A stretch of 26,758 nt of DNA, from IMG/VR virus record IMGVR_UViG_3300005253_000053. One strand, given 5' to 3'. Shown piece after piece: positions 25,782-26,758 of this stretch. This DNA comes from a virus (Duplodnaviria; Heunggongvirae; Uroviricota; Caudoviricetes). The notes beneath the pieces are model-generated. The model saw nothing but the letters and a program-made list of their open reading frames with translations. It was not told where the DNA came from and did not search any database. Within the stretch, counting starts at the first letter, position 1. Each line of letters begins with the position of its first letter. The translations under genes were made by a program, and so were the position numbers.

Positions 25782-26206
25782 CAGACCTTCGTGTACCAGA
25801 GTTCAACGTGAGACTTATCGAATAGCGAAGCATTTCCCGCTGCGGTAATGATAATAACAGTATCGTTGACAGCAACACCAACATCTCCGGCTGCTTCATT
25901 TCCAACATCAACATGCGGTAGAGGAATTTGATTACCGTTTGTGTCCTCGGCAAAACCTCGGATGAACAGAACCGCATCCAGGTTCGGGCTGGCGATGTTG
26001 TGAGCTACTAAACTCTGAGTACTGTTAGGCAATGCCCCTGTGTCAACCACTTTACGGAAGACCGGCTTATCATCGATCCAGAACATTCCTGTTGACACTT
26101 CGCTCGTTGAGAACTGGCCCGCCAACCTAGTACCGAGTAGGCCAGTAAACGCGTCAGTCGTGACATTAAAATCGTCAGATCCCGGGTCTTTGCTGATATC
26201 AGCCAT
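25781..26206 (-). CDS. Hypothetical protein encoded by a low-GC island.
   Basis: 141 aa. The coding sequence is visibly AT-richer than its neighbours (aataataacagtatcgttgacagcaacaccaacatc…). It is translationally coupled to the Gly-rich gene. Confidence 0.4.
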   Translation of the reverse strand: MADISKDPGSDDFNVTTDAFTGLLGTRLAGQFSTSEVSTGMFWIDDKPVFRKVVDTGALPNSTQSLVAHNIASPNLDAVLFIRGFAEDTNGNQIPLPHVDVGNEAAGDVGVAVNDTVIIITAAGNASLFDKSHVELWYTKV

Positions 26207-26297
26207 GCTCGCTCCGTCCGTTCACTGCCCCGCCAGTATAGCGGAACGCCCTGAGTAGACCGAATCGAGAGGCCCACCACATAACACCTGTTGAATA

Positions 26298-26714
26298 CTA
26301 CAGTTCTTGCTCTTCCGTTTTCACCCAGGCACTCAGGATCTCACGCACCTGCGGCATACTCCTGGAGCCCAGCGAGACCTTTGGGCTCACTTCCCGAACG
26401 AGGACCGCGTCGATGTCCTCACCGGCCTCTACGCGCTCCGCAATGGCCTCCAGGAGCGCCCGGGCGAGTCGGTCGGCCTGTTTCTGTGCCCTGCGGGTTG
26501 CGGGACGCCACAGCGGGTCCTGACGCTGTTTGGTGTTGCCTAGTTCGGCCACCAGGGCAACGTCCTCCTGGGCCTGCGGAACGCCCACGTGGACACCCTT
26601 CTCGGTCTCGAACAGGTCGATCAGGTCAGCATAGGGGTTGTGAGCTTTGTGCTGGTCAGAGAAGGCCCGCACACGCATGTCCACAAGCTGGAACACGCCC
26701 GTCTTGACGATCAT
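26298..26714 (-). CDS. Hypothetical virion-assembly protein, possibly a head-completion or neck protein. It may be 5'-truncated by the window edge.
   Basis: 138 aa counted from the ATG at 26714. The frame stays open for the remaining 44 nt to the window end, so the true start may lie outside the window. Its position upstream of the membrane cassette and tail genes parallels P2 gpL. Confidence 0.35.
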   Translation of the reverse strand: MIVKTGVFQLVDMRVRAFSDQHKAHNPYADLIDLFETEKGVHVGVPQAQEDVALVAELGNTKQRQDPLWRPATRRAQKQADRLARALLEAIAERVEAGEDIDAVLVREVSPKVSLGSRSMPQVREILSAWVKTEEQEL

Positions 26715-26758
26715 CCCCTGAAAGGCTGTCCCGGCTTTCTTCAGCAGCCTGATCCGGC

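Noticed and set aside
1-26758. A search for tRNA genes, CRISPR repeats, rRNA, an integrase or transposase, or an att site.
   Set aside because: I saw no regularly spaced direct repeats, no cloverleaf-compatible segments, and no recombinase-like ORFs. The window appears to be internal to the element.

Overview
This window is almost certainly the tail/baseplate module of a P2-like contractile-tailed (myovirus) prophage or phage-derived tailocin in a high-GC (~62%) bacterium. Every credible gene is on the minus strand. Read in transcription order (high to low coordinate) I see: a possibly 5'-truncated neck/head-completion-like gene; a cassette of small membrane, lipoprotein and pseudo-receiver genes plus a Gly-rich beta-helix protein; then a putative tail protein, sheath, tube, two unusual genes in the slot P2 uses for E/E', a tape measure with a GTG start, then homologues of U, X, D, V, an extra gene, W, a giant J, an enlarged I, a small protein, a fibre-like protein, and a mosaic beta-helix tailspike. 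A PAPS-reductase/DndC-like PP-loop gene, a hypothetical gene and an edge-truncated gene follow downstream. The P2-like gene order T-U-X-D-V-W-J-I-H and motif-level matches for X, V, W, J and I are the strongest evidence. I found no rRNA or CRISPR array, and saw no tRNA (no covariance search was possible). The long plus-strand ORFs are antisense artefacts of the high GC content. The most interesting signals are in the findings: two sharp low-GC islands (the distal tailspike domain and a 141-codon gene), a candidate +1/-2 translational frameshift at a U6 tract ending 3 nt before the tape-measure start, non-canonical genes between tube and tape measure, a degenerate receiver-domain protein inside the virion/lysis region, repeat-expanded J and I baseplate proteins, and cargo genes each with their own sigma70-like promoter.
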